DNA of 64,000 nt. It comes from Candidatus Latescibacterota bacterium (GTDB lineage: Bacteria; Latescibacterota; UBA2968; UBA8231). The stretch lies in contig OZ220089.1 in NCBI GenBank assembly GCA_964291625.2, forward strand, positions 1,440,001 through 1,504,000, given 5' to 3'. Under the pieces are notes generated by a model. The model was not told where the DNA came from. It ran no database searches and was given only the letters and a program-made list of their open reading frames with translations. How positions within the stretch are numbered: the first letter of the stretch is position 1; each line of letters opens with the position of its first letter. Both the position numbers and the translations under genes were made by a program. Shown here one piece after another: positions 9,145 through 18,823 of this stretch.

Positions 9145-10032
9145 ATGACCCAGACCACCCTGCCGCCCCCCCTGCGGATCACCGAGAACCAGCGCGACTC
9201 CTACCTCGATAACGGATACCTGCTGGTCAAGTCCTACATCCCGCCTGACGAGGTGGAGCGGCTCCGGGCGGCCACCGACGAGATGGTGGAGCGCAGCCGC
9301 GCCGTCACCGTCTCGGACGAGATCTTCGACCTGGAGCCGGGGCACACGGCCGAGGCCCCGCGCCTGCGGCGGGTGTCGAGCCCGGTGGACCACCATCCCC
9401 TGTTCTGGGAGTTCGCCTCCCGGGGGGCGATCGTCGACCTGGCGGCCGACCTGGTGGGCCCCGACGTCCGCTACCACCACTCCAAGCTCAACTTCAAGTG
9501 GCCGGAGGGGGGCGAGGAGGTGAAGTGGCACCAGGACATCACCTTCTGGCCCCACACCAACTACAGCCCCCTGACGATCGGCGTCTACCTCACCGACGTG
9601 GGGCCCGACCAGGGGCCGCTGGCCGTGGTCGAGGGCAGCCACGAGGGCGAGCTGTTCGACCAGTACGACGGGGACGACAACTGGGTCGGCTGTCTCAGCG
9701 ACGAGGACGCGGCGCGGATCCCGGCCGACAAGGTGCGCTACCTCGAAGGGCCGGCGGGGTCGGTGACGGTGCACAACTGCCGCGCCATCCACGGCTCGAA
9801 GAAGAACCTCTCCGCCCGCGGGCGGCCCCTGCTGCTGAACGCCTTCTCCGCGGCCGACGCCTTCCCCTACACCTCGCCGGGCATCACCAGCCCCCACCTG
9901 GGCGACATCGTCCGCGGCCGGCCGGCCCGCTGGGCGCGCCACGATCCGCGGCCGTGCCTGGTGCCGCCGGACTGGTCGGGGGGCTACACCTCGATCTACG
10001 CCCTGCAGCAGGAGGAAGAAGAGGAGGGCTGA
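9145..10032 (+). CDS. PhyH-family dioxygenase (EctD-like)
   Basis: HSKLNFK, WHQD, GSH, IHGS...R. Confidence 0.9.
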   Translation: MTQTTLPPPLRITENQRDSYLDNGYLLVKSYIPPDEVERLRAATDEMVERSRAVTVSDEIFDLEPGHTAEAPRLRRVSSPVDHHPLFWEFASRGAIVDLAADLVGPDVRYHHSKLNFKWPEGGEEVKWHQDITFWPHTNYSPLTIGVYLTDVGPDQGPLAVVEGSHEGELFDQYDGDDNWVGCLSDEDAARIPADKVRYLEGPAGSVTVHNCRAIHGSKKNLSARGRPLLLNAFSAADAFPYTSPGITSPHLGDIVRGRPARWARHDPRPCLVPPDWSGGYTSIYALQQEEEEEG

Positions 10033-10035
10033 CCT

Positions 10036-10908
10036 TCAGGGGAGGGCGCGGGCCAGCTTCTCCACCAGCGCCCGCAGTTGTTCCTCCCCCTGCGTCTCGG
10101 GGTCACCCCCGCCGCCGGCGGCGTCGTGGACGTACCGGTAGACGTCGGCGGCGCCGGCGAACATCTCCGGCGTCAGTCCCATGCCGCCGAAGGTGGCGGC
10201 GATCTCCTCCATCTCGCCGATCCAGCGCCCCGCCTTCGAGGGGACCCCCGGCAGGGACCGCCGGGTGTCGCCCAGGACCGCCTCCTGGCTGAGCTGCAGC
10301 TCCTCCACGAGGGCGTCGTAGAGGCCGAGCTTCGCCGCCGTCACCAGGGATTCGAGGTAGATGGCGTAGCGGCCCTTGGTCTGGGCAGCGTAGCACATCT
10401 TGAAGGCCGAGGCCTGGCCGATCTCCGGTCCCAGCAGGCGCACGTCCAGACCGTAGTCGCCGAGGACGGCGAAGCGGCCGGCGTGCTCCCCCGAGGCGTA
10501 GAAGCGGGTGATACCGGGACGCCTGGGAGGGCCGCCGATGATGCCGGCGTCCACCGGAAGCCCCCCGGCGGCGGCGATGACGTCGGCCACCTCGCGGCCC
10601 GTTGCCGGCGCCACGGCGTTGCAGTCGACGTACACGAGATCCGCGCCGGTGGCCTCGAGGGCGGCGGCCACGCGCCGGGCGGCGCTCACGGCCTCGGAGG
10701 GCACCAGGATCGACAGCAGCAGGTCGGCCCGCTCCACGAGAGCGGCGTCGTCGGCCACCGCCTCGATCCCGGCCTCCCGGGCCCGGGCGGCGGTGGCGGG
10801 GCTGCGGCCCTCCAGGCAGGTGATCACCTCGGCCCCGTGCCGGCGCAGCACGCCGCCGACGACGGCGCCCATGGAACCCGGGCTCAGCAGGGCGACGGTG
10901 GGCGCCAT
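10036..10908 (-). CDS. NAD(P)-dependent oxidoreductase (beta-hydroxyacid dehydrogenase, DUF1932-type)
   Basis: LSPGSMG, YVDCNAVAP, VDAGIIGGPP, ASAFKMCYA, RWIGEMEEI. Confidence 0.85.
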   Translation of the reverse strand: MAPTVALLSPGSMGAVVGGVLRRHGAEVITCLEGRSPATAARAREAGIEAVADDAALVERADLLLSILVPSEAVSAARRVAAALEATGADLVYVDCNAVAPATGREVADVIAAAGGLPVDAGIIGGPPRRPGITRFYASGEHAGRFAVLGDYGLDVRLLGPEIGQASAFKMCYAAQTKGRYAIYLESLVTAAKLGLYDALVEELQLSQEAVLGDTRRSLPGVPSKAGRWIGEMEEIAATFGGMGLTPEMFAGAADVYRYVHDAAGGGGDPETQGEEQLRALVEKLARALP

Positions 10909-11849
10909 CAGTACCCCTTCTCCTTGTCGATGAGGCCCACCAGGGGCTCGCCCGCCAGGTAGCGGCGCAGGTTGTCGCACAGGTGGTCGACGGCGCGGCC
11001 GTCGCGGGCCGGCGAGGCGCCGGCGGTGTGGGGCGTGAGGACGACGTTGTCCATCGTCCACAGGGGATGGTCGTCGGCCAGGGGCTCCACCGGGGTGACG
11101 TCGAGGCAGGCGCCGGCGATCCGCCCCTCGCGCAGGGCCTCGAGGAGGGCCTCCTCGTCGACGATGCGGCCCCGGGTGACGTTGACGAGCAGGGCGTCGC
11201 TGCGCATACGGGCGAAGGCCTCGCGGTCGAACATTCCCTCCGTCTCCGGCGTCAGGGGCGCGCACACGGCCACCACTCGCGAGCGCTCCAGCAGGTCGTG
11301 GAAGCGGTCCATGGAGCCGCACTCGGAGACGCACTCCGGGACCTCCACCGGCTCGGGGTCGACGGCGATCACCTCCATGCCGAAGGCGGCGGCGCGCACG
11401 GCCAGCTCGCGGCCGGTGCCGCCCAGGCCGACGATGCCCATGCGCTCGCCGTAGAGCTCGATCGAGGAGTCGCGGATCGGCCACTTGTCCTCCCAGGTGC
11501 GGGTGCGCGCGGCGCGGGCGACGCGCCGGCTCAGGGCCAGGAGCAGGGCCATGGCGTGCTCGGCGAGGTGGATGCCGACGAAGCCCTTGGCGCTGGTGAG
11601 GATCACGTCGCTGACGCGCAGCTCCGGCGTCAGCACGCCGTCGACGCCGGCGGCCGGCGCCTGGATCCAGCGCAGCGACCCGGCGCGGCGGAACTCCTCG
11701 CGGGAGAGGCCGCCGAAGACGACCTCCACCGAGGGCACGGCCTCGGCCCGGGCGTCGTCCGTCTGCGGTTGCAGGACCTCCACCCCGTCGACGGCGCGGA
11801 TGCGCTCCACGAGATCGGCTTCGAGATCGCCGGGGACGAGCAGCTTCAT
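10908..11849 (-). CDS. D-2-hydroxyacid dehydrogenase
   Basis: GIVGLGGTG, LVNVTRG, LDVTPVEPL, TPHTAG. Confidence 0.92.
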   Translation of the reverse strand: MKLLVPGDLEADLVERIRAVDGVEVLQPQTDDARAEAVPSVEVVFGGLSREEFRRAGSLRWIQAPAAGVDGVLTPELRVSDVILTSAKGFVGIHLAEHAMALLLALSRRVARAARTRTWEDKWPIRDSSIELYGERMGIVGLGGTGRELAVRAAAFGMEVIAVDPEPVEVPECVSECGSMDRFHDLLERSRVVAVCAPLTPETEGMFDREAFARMRSDALLVNVTRGRIVDEEALLEALREGRIAGACLDVTPVEPLADDHPLWTMDNVVLTPHTAGASPARDGRAVDHLCDNLRRYLAGEPLVGLIDKEKGY

Positions 11850-11973
11850 GGGGTTCCTCCTCTCGGACGGTTGGATCAGCGGCGTCAATCTATGCCGCCC
11901 GGAAGCCGGCGGCCCGTCCCCTTTGACGCGCCGGAGCGCCGGGCCTAGTCTGCGCCGCCGACAGGAGGTGAGC

Positions 11974-12834
11974 ATGGCGGAGCGAATCAACAAGGCGATC
12001 GAGCTGCTGGAGCAGGACCAGCCCGTGTACTACGCCAGCACCCACGAGGTCGACTACGAGACCGGCCGGGAGATGGCCGGCACCTGGGCCGACTACATCA
12101 ACGTCAGCATGGAGCACGGCGCCTTCGACATGCCCGGGCTGGCCGCCTTCATGCGCGGACTCGCCGACGCCGGCCCCACGGCCAGCGGCCACCGCACGCC
12201 GGCGGTGATCGTCGACCTGCCCCCGGAGGGCACGAGCGCCGCCGACATCCGCGCCAACGCCTGGGTCTTCAAGCAGGCCCTGGCCCGCGGCGTCCACGGC
12301 ATCCTGCTGTGCCACGCCGAGGACCCGGAGGCGGTGCGCGCCCTCGTGCAGATCTGCCGCTACGCCTTCCGCGGCGAGACGGGTGGCGCCCCCGAGGGCC
12401 GGCGCGGCGCCGGCGGCCAGGGGATGGCGGCCCACGCCTGGGGCGTCGACGTCGACGAGTACGCCCGCCGCGCCGACCCGTGGCCCCTGAACCCCGAGGG
12501 GGAGCTGATGATCGGGCTGAAGATCGAGAACCGCCGCGCCCTCGAGCGCGTCGACGAAACCCTCGCCGTGCCCGGCGTCGCCTTCGCCGAGTGGGGTCCC
12601 GGGGACATGCACATGTCCTTCGGCCACATGGCGGCGGACCGCAGCTACTCGGCGGAGATCCTGGAGGCGCGCCAGCGGGTCTTCGACGCCTGCCGCCGTA
12701 ACGGCCTGCCCTTCCTCGACGGCACCGGCGACCTGGTGGAGCGCATCGACGCGGGCGTGCGCATCATCCCCGGCGCCGGCGAGGAGCAGGCCCGCCTCGG
12801 ACGGGCCCACACCGGGCGGACGATGCCGGTCTAG
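11974..12834 (+). CDS. HpcH/HpaI aldolase/citrate lyase family protein
   Basis: SMEHG, GVHGILLCH, LKIEN, EWGPGD; AGGAGG Shine-Dalgarno upstream. Confidence 0.85.
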   Translation: MAERINKAIELLEQDQPVYYASTHEVDYETGREMAGTWADYINVSMEHGAFDMPGLAAFMRGLADAGPTASGHRTPAVIVDLPPEGTSAADIRANAWVFKQALARGVHGILLCHAEDPEAVRALVQICRYAFRGETGGAPEGRRGAGGQGMAAHAWGVDVDEYARRADPWPLNPEGELMIGLKIENRRALERVDETLAVPGVAFAEWGPGDMHMSFGHMAADRSYSAEILEARQRVFDACRRNGLPFLDGTGDLVERIDAGVRIIPGAGEEQARLGRAHTGRTMPV

Positions 12835-13805
12835 ATCTCGACTCCGATCTGCTGCGCGATGCGCAGGGCCAGATCGCGGAAGTCGCGGTGGCAGTCCTGG
12901 ACGGAGGCCGTGTGGCCGCCGATGGCTCCGTCAGCCGGCTTGAGGTGGAACATCGGTTTCCGGGCCTCCATGGCCAGAGGCATCAGGCTGCGGTAGTGCT
13001 TGAGCAGGGCCAGGCAACAGGGATCCTCTTCAACGGCGAAGTCGACGGGCCCCTCCTGAAGCACGGACTCCCGGTAGGCCGAGGGGATACGCGCCGTCCA
13101 CCGGGCGTACGCCTTGACCGGTCTGTCCAGCCGCACGGCATGCTGGGTCACGACGTAGCCGACAGGCTTCATGAGTCCCTGTGGCAGATCGAGCCCCTCC
13201 GGGCTCTTCTCGAGTCTTGCCTCCCACTCTTTGCCCCACTCCCTCAACCGGGGTCCGAGGTTCTGCAGACCAATGATCGAGTAGAGATCAGGCACGAGCG
13301 GGATCACCACGTGGTCTGCGCCGATCAGGGCCGACCGGTTGATGGAGCCCAGGTTCGGCCCCACGTCGATCAGGACCAGATCCGCCTCCCGGGCTGTGCT
13401 CGCGCGGGACAGGACTTCGTGGAACGCGGCGACCACCCGGAACGCCCGCCTTCGACCGTCCAGGCAGTGCGGCCACTGCTGGCTCAGCTCGTCCTCGAGA
13501 CCCGAGAGCGACAGGTCGCCCACCAACAGACCCAGATCCCCGACGGGCTCCACGTGGGGATCCTCGATCCCCCCCTCGCCCTCGAGCAAGGGACGCACCG
13601 GCCCAAGCAGCGTCCGCCCCCTCCCCAGCAGCCACAACTCCTCCAGGCGGTCCTCCTCCAGGAACATGGCGCTCAGGTTCGCCTGTGGATCAAGATCGAC
13701 GGCCAGGACCTTGACTCCGAGGTCGGCATAGACCCAGGCGAGGTGGTAGACCAGGGTTGTCTTGCCGACCCCGCCCTTGTTGTTGAAGAACGCTACCGTT
13801 TTCAC
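12831..13805 (-). CDS. ParA/Soj-like ATPase (no adjacent parB)
   Basis: Deviant Walker A FFNNKGGVGKTT, DLDPQANLS, LIDVGPNLG. Confidence 0.9.
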   Translation of the reverse strand: MKTVAFFNNKGGVGKTTLVYHLAWVYADLGVKVLAVDLDPQANLSAMFLEEDRLEELWLLGRGRTLLGPVRPLLEGEGGIEDPHVEPVGDLGLLVGDLSLSGLEDELSQQWPHCLDGRRRAFRVVAAFHEVLSRASTAREADLVLIDVGPNLGSINRSALIGADHVVIPLVPDLYSIIGLQNLGPRLREWGKEWEARLEKSPEGLDLPQGLMKPVGYVVTQHAVRLDRPVKAYARWTARIPSAYRESVLQEGPVDFAVEEDPCCLALLKHYRSLMPLAMEARKPMFHLKPADGAIGGHTASVQDCHRDFRDLALRIAQQIGVEI

Positions 13806-14995
13806 GGCGCCGGCCTCAGAGTCACAAGAACCGTCGAGGCGTGGAGATCGAACTCGGGCGGGGGATTCCCTCCCTTCTCCATGGCCTCACGCGCCAGCGG
13901 CACCCCCACGCCGAAACGCTGAGCATAGCCCATGTGGTGCATCAGCTCGGCTACCAGGGGATTGCGGTAGTCGGTGACTCCCTTCCCGAAGTTCTCCCCG
14001 GTCACCTGTCCGTACAGTCCTCCGGGATTCGAGATCTCCACGCGGTCATTGAACCAGTAGACCCGGACGGGAGCATTGGTCCCCTCGTAGGACCGGTGCA
14101 TGACGGCGTTGCGCGTCAACTGCTGCAGGGCCACGATCGGGTAGTCCGGGCGGCGAGCCTCCAGGGGACCTCCCTTGATCTCGGTGCGCACGGAGATGTT
14201 GAGCTGCAGCAACTCGTCGAGTTGCCTCAGAACCTCGTTCAGTCTTCCGGTCAGCTCCTTCTGATCGCGGATGGGATCGGTCGCTGCCGTGCCGTCGACG
14301 CGAAGGAACTGCACGTAGGCACCGGGCAGCCATCGCTGAGGCTCTCGTCCCAAGCCCAGCAAGGCACCTTGGGTCGGCCTCCCATCGGTCAGGCAACGGA
14401 GTCCCGCCAACTGTGCATCGAGCCCGCGCTGGTTCTGCTCGAGGACATCAAGGGCCACCGCTCGCGGGAGGTACTCCGTGCGCACGAAGTCGAGGTCCAG
14501 ATCGTCCAGGCTCGCGTCGGCCGCCGGCCGCATGTCGAAGGGGAGATCCGATGCGCGGCGGCGCTCCGTCAGCAGCCGCTCTTCCTCCGGCGTGGCCAGC
14601 TGTACCGTCGGCCCCACCCTTACGAACACCCGGCCCTGGTAGCGGACCGGCGGTTGGGTCGAGGGAGCCACGGTGACGGCCACCAGCTCACACCCCCTCA
14701 CCATCCGCTTCTCGACCACCATGCTGGGCTGCGGCAGGATGTTGCCGTCCGTTCGCATCTGCGCGAGGGTGCTCACCAAGCCTTCGGTGATCTCCAGATC
14801 CGCACACGTGCCGTCGTCGTTCACGCCGACGAAGAGCACCCCCGGCTCCGCCCGTCCCGGCAGGTCGTTGGCAAAGGCGCAGATCGTCCTTCGAATCCTG
14901 CTCCGATCGGCACCCGAGCGCTTGCGCCGCACCCGGTCCGACTCCAGGTCGGCCAGCAGCCTCTCCATTTCCTGGTCGCCCAGCGTCGCCGTCAA
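13802..14995 (-). CDS. AlbA_2 (Schlafen-like) plus HATPase_c_4 ATP-binding protein
   Basis: ICAFAND...LFVGVNDDG, NAVMHRSY, RVEISNPGGL, YRNPLVAE, RFGVGV. Confidence 0.85.
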   Translation of the reverse strand: MTATLGDQEMERLLADLESDRVRRKRSGADRSRIRRTICAFANDLPGRAEPGVLFVGVNDDGTCADLEITEGLVSTLAQMRTDGNILPQPSMVVEKRMVRGCELVAVTVAPSTQPPVRYQGRVFVRVGPTVQLATPEEERLLTERRRASDLPFDMRPAADASLDDLDLDFVRTEYLPRAVALDVLEQNQRGLDAQLAGLRCLTDGRPTQGALLGLGREPQRWLPGAYVQFLRVDGTAATDPIRDQKELTGRLNEVLRQLDELLQLNISVRTEIKGGPLEARRPDYPIVALQQLTRNAVMHRSYEGTNAPVRVYWFNDRVEISNPGGLYGQVTGENFGKGVTDYRNPLVAELMHHMGYAQRFGVGVPLAREAMEKGGNPPPEFDLHASTVLVTLRPAP

Positions 14996-15075
14996 AGGGT
15001 CATCTCCGGGTGAGGTCGCTACAGAACGTGCAGGGACCGCGCGAACTCCCGCAATCGCCTACGACGGCAGGTTTG

Positions 15076-16701
15076 TCAGTCCCCCTCGTCCCGCCCCACG
15101 GCGCGGGCCTCGAAGGCGGCGGCCATCAGCGCCCTCGTGTAGTCGCTGGCCGGCGCCTCGAACAGCCGCTGCGCGGGACCCGCCTCCACCACCCTCCCCT
15201 CCTTCATGACGATCAGCTCCTCGGCCAGGGCCCGCACCACCCGCAGGTCGTGGCTGATGAGCAGGTAGCCGAGGCCGCGCTCCTCCTGCAGGCGGCGGAG
15301 CAGCTCCAGGATCTGCAGCTGCACGGTGCGGTCGAGGGCGCTGGTGGGCTCGTCGAGGACGAGGAACCGCGGCTCCAGGACGACGGCCCGGGCGATGGCC
15401 AGCCGCTGCCGCTGGCCGCCGGAGAACTCGTGGGGGTAGCGGTCCATCCCCTCCGGGTCGAGGTCGACCTCGCCCAGGACCCGGGCCACCAGCTCCCGGC
15501 GCTCGGCGGCGGTGGCGCCGATGCCGTGGACGAGGAGTCCCTCCTCGACGATCTGGAACGCCGTCAGCCGCGGGCTCAGGGAGCTGAAGGGGTCCTGGAA
15601 GACGATCTGCATGCGCCGCCGCAGGGGCCGCAGTTCGGCGGACGGCATCGTCCGCAGGTCCCGCCCGTCGAAGCGCAGCTCCCCCTCGCAGGCCTGCAGC
15701 CTCAACAGGGCCAGCCCCAGGGTCGTCTTGCCGGAGCCGGACTCGCCGACGACGCCGACGCTGCGCCCCGGCCGCACCGAGAGGCTCACGTCCTCCACGG
15801 CGCGCACGTGGCCGGTGGTGCGGCGCAACAGGCCGGTGCGGATCGGGAAGTGGACGCGCACGCCGCTCGCCTCCACCAGAGGCGGGCCCTCCGCCTCTCC
15901 GGCGGCTTCCCGGGGCGGGGGCTCGCTGGCCAGCAGCCGCCGCGTGTAGGGGTGTCGCGGGTCCGCCATCAGGGGGCCGGTCTCGCCCTGCTCGACGATC
16001 CTCCCTTCGGTCATGACGAAGACGCGGTCCGCCAGGCGGCCGACGATCGTCAGGTCGTGGGTGATCAGCAGGATCGACATGCCCAGGCGCCGCTGCTGGC
16101 TCCGCAGCAGCTCCAGGATGCGGGCCTGCACGGTCACGTCGAGGGCGGTGGTCGGCTCGTCGGCGATGAGCAGGTCCGGCTCGTTGGCCAGGGCCATGGC
16201 GATCATGACCCGCTGCCGCTGCCCCCCCGACAGCTGGTGGGGCCAGGCCGTCAGAATGCGCTCCGGCTCGGGCAGGCGCACCTCGTCGAGCAGCTCCAGC
16301 ACCCGGCGGCGGGCCTCGCCGCGGTCCAGGCCCCGGTGCACGCGCAGGGTCTCGGCGACCTGCCGCTCCACCGTGTGCAGGGGGTTCAGCGAGGTCATCG
16401 GCTCCTGGAAGATCATGGAGACGCGGTCGCCGCGGACCTGGCGCAGCCGGTCGGCGGGGGCCCCGAGCAGCTCCTCGCCGCGCAGGCGGATCGAGCCGCC
16501 GGGGTGATGGGCCTTCGGATAGGGCAGCAGCCCGAGCACGGAGAGGGCGGTCACCGACTTGCCGCAGCCGGACTCGCCCACGAGGGCCACGGTCTCGCCC
16601 TCGTTGATGTCGAGGCTGGCCCCGCGCACGGCGTCGACGCCGGGCTGGCCGCCCTCGCCGCGGAAGGAGACGCGGAGATCGTCGACGGCGAGGAGGCTCA
16701 C
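15076..16701 (-). CDS. yejF: ABC transporter double ATP-binding subunit (YejF-type)
   Basis: Two NBDs (GESGCGKS/LSGGQ and GESGSGKT/FSGGQ); GTG start overlaps the upstream TGA. Confidence 0.9.
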   Translation of the reverse strand: MSLLAVDDLRVSFRGEGGQPGVDAVRGASLDINEGETVALVGESGCGKSVTALSVLGLLPYPKAHHPGGSIRLRGEELLGAPADRLRQVRGDRVSMIFQEPMTSLNPLHTVERQVAETLRVHRGLDRGEARRRVLELLDEVRLPEPERILTAWPHQLSGGQRQRVMIAMALANEPDLLIADEPTTALDVTVQARILELLRSQQRRLGMSILLITHDLTIVGRLADRVFVMTEGRIVEQGETGPLMADPRHPYTRRLLASEPPPREAAGEAEGPPLVEASGVRVHFPIRTGLLRRTTGHVRAVEDVSLSVRPGRSVGVVGESGSGKTTLGLALLRLQACEGELRFDGRDLRTMPSAELRPLRRRMQIVFQDPFSSLSPRLTAFQIVEEGLLVHGIGATAAERRELVARVLGEVDLDPEGMDRYPHEFSGGQRQRLAIARAVVLEPRFLVLDEPTSALDRTVQLQILELLRRLQEERGLGYLLISHDLRVVRALAEELIVMKEGRVVEAGPAQRLFEAPASDYTRALMAAAFEARAVGRDEGD

Positions 16702-17732
16702 GAGGGCTCCATCGTCCGCCGCGGGTCGAAGGCGTCGCGCACCGCCTCGCCGATGAAGACCAGCAGCGACAGCAGCACGGCCAGGGCGAAGAACCCCGTC
16801 AGCCCCAGCCACGGGGCGTGGAGGTTGCGCTTGCCCTGGCCGAGGAGCTCGCCGAGGGAGGGCGAGCCGGCGGGCAGGCCGAAGCCGAGAAAGTCGAGGG
16901 AGGCGAGGATCGCCACCGACCCGGTGAGCACGAAGGGCAGGAAGGTGAGGGCGGCCACCGCGGCGTTGGGCAGGACGTGCCGGAAGAGCACCGTCGCCTC
17001 CGGCACGCCGAGGGCCCGGGCGGCGCGGACGAAGTCGAAGTTGCGGGCCCGCAGGACCTCGGCGCGGACCACGCCCACGAGCTGGATCCAGCTGAAGAGC
17101 AGCATCAGGCCGAGGAGCCACAGGAAGTTGGGCTCCACGAGGCTGGCCAGGATGATCAGCAGGTAGAGGGTGGGCATGCCCTGCCAGATCTCGATGAGGC
17201 GCTGCAGCAGCAGGTCGACCCAGCCGCCGAGGTAGCCCTGCACGGCGCCGGCGGCGACGCCGACGACGGAGCTGACCGCGGTGAGGCAGAACCCGAAGAG
17301 CACGGAGAGGCGGAAGCCGTAGATCAGCCGCGCCAGGACGTCGCGGGCCTGGTCGTCGGTGCCGAGCCAGTTCCCGCCCGACGGCGGCGACGGCGCCGGA
17401 CGGCGCAGGTCGAAGTTGACGGTGCGCGGTCCGTAGCGGACCGGCGGCCACAGCATCCAGCCGTCGCCGGCCTCGATCAGCCCGGCCACGAAGGGGTCGC
17501 GGTAGTCGGCCTCGGTCTCGAACTCGCCGCCGAACTCGGTCTCGGCGTGCTCGGCGAAGACGGGGAAGTACCAGCGCCCGTCGCAGGAGACCATCAGGGG
17601 CCGGTCGTTGGCGACGAACTCCGCCGGCAGGGTGACGGCCACCAGGCCCAGGAAGATCCACAGGCTCCACCACCCCCGGCGGTGGCCCCGGAAGACGGCG
17701 AGGCGGCGGCGGTTGAGGAGCGAGAGTCTCAC
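16698..17732 (-). CDS. yejE: ABC transporter permease (YejE-type)
   Basis: [14 protein letters not shown] and [20 protein letters not shown]. Confidence 0.9.
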   Translation of the reverse strand: MRLSLLNRRRLAVFRGHRRGWWSLWIFLGLVAVTLPAEFVANDRPLMVSCDGRWYFPVFAEHAETEFGGEFETEADYRDPFVAGLIEAGDGWMLWPPVRYGPRTVNFDLRRPAPSPPSGGNWLGTDDQARDVLARLIYGFRLSVLFGFCLTAVSSVVGVAAGAVQGYLGGWVDLLLQRLIEIWQGMPTLYLLIILASLVEPNFLWLLGLMLLFSWIQLVGVVRAEVLRARNFDFVRAARALGVPEATVLFRHVLPNAAVAALTFLPFVLTGSVAILASLDFLGFGLPAGSPSLGELLGQGKRNLHAPWLGLTGFFALAVLLSLLVFIGEAVRDAFDPRRTMEPS

Positions 17733-18823
17733 GAGCGCGCCTCGAAGTCGATGCGGCGGTCGACGAGGGTGTAGGTGAGGTCGCCCACCAGCTGCAGGAC
17801 CAGGCCCAGGAGGGTGAAGACGTAGAGGGTGCCGAAGACGACGGGGTAGTCGCGGTTGACGGCCGACTCGTAGCCGAGGAGGCCGAGGCCGTCGAGGGAG
17901 AAGATGATCTCGGTGAGCAGGGCGCCGGTGAAGAGGATGCCCACGAAGGCGGCGGGGAACCCGGCGATGACGATGAGCATGGCGTTGCGGAAGACGTGGC
18001 CGTAGAGGACTCGTCTCTCGCCGAGGCCCTTGGCCCGGGCCGTGACCACGTACTGCTTGCCGATCTCGTCGAGGAAGGAGTTGCGGGTCAGCAGGGTGAG
18101 GCCGGCGAAGCCGCCGATGACCAGGGAGAGCACGGGCAGGCACAGGTGCCAGAGGTAGTCGAGGATCTTGCCCATGGCCGACAGCTCCTCCCAGTTGGCC
18201 GAGACCAGCCCCCGCAGCGGGAACCACTGCCAGTACTGGCCGCCGGCGAAGAGCACCACCAAGAGGATGGCGAAGAGGAAGGTGGGAACGGCGTTGCCCA
18301 CGACGATCGCCCCCGAGGTCCACACATCGAAGCGCGAGCCCTGGCGCACCGCCTTGGCCACGCCGAGGGGGATGGAGATGGCGTAGATGAGCAGGGTCGT
18401 CCACAGGCCGAGGGAGATCGAGACCGGCAGCTTGTCGAGGACCAGGTCGACGACGGAGCGGTCGCGGAAGAAGGAGGTGCCGAAGTCGAAGCGCAGGTAG
18501 CGGCCCATCATCTCGACGAAGCGCGCGGGGGCGGGTTTGTCGAAGCCGTACAGGGTCTCCAGCTCGGCGATCAGGTCCGGGTCGAGGCCGCGGGCGCCGC
18601 GGTAGCGGGCGGTGACCTCGGTGCCGGCGATGTCGGCGGCGGCGACCTCCCCCGCGCCCCCGGTGACGCGGCCGGCGGCCCCCAGGTCGTGGCCCTGCAT
18701 GCGGGCGATGACCTGCTCCACCGGGCCGCCGGGGGCGGCCTGGACGATGACGAAGTTGAGGACCATGATGCCGAGCAGGGTCGGCACCATGAGCAGCAGC
18801 CGCCGCAGGATGTAGGCGGTCAC
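17729..18823 (-). CDS. yejB: ABC transporter permease (YejB-type)
   Basis: [14 protein letters not shown]...APGGPVEQ...YRGARGLDP...YGFDKP. Confidence 0.9.
   Translation of the reverse strand: MTAYILRRLLLMVPTLLGIMVLNFVIVQAAPGGPVEQVIARMQGHDLGAAGRVTGGAGEVAAADIAGTEVTARYRGARGLDPDLIAELETLYGFDKPAPARFVEMMGRYLRFDFGTSFFRDRSVVDLVLDKLPVSISLGLWTTLLIYAISIPLGVAKAVRQGSRFDVWTSGAIVVGNAVPTFLFAILLVVLFAGGQYWQWFPLRGLVSANWEELSAMGKILDYLWHLCLPVLSLVIGGFAGLTLLTRNSFLDEIGKQYVVTARAKGLGERRVLYGHVFRNAMLIVIAGFPAAFVGILFTGALLTEIIFSLDGLGLLGYESAVNRDYPVVFGTLYVFTLLGLVLQLVGDLTYTLVDRRIDFEARS

Noticed and set aside
12831-13805. Chromosome or plasmid partition locus
   Set aside because: No parB, parS or rep gene; the ATPase is coupled to an AlbA_2 protein instead.
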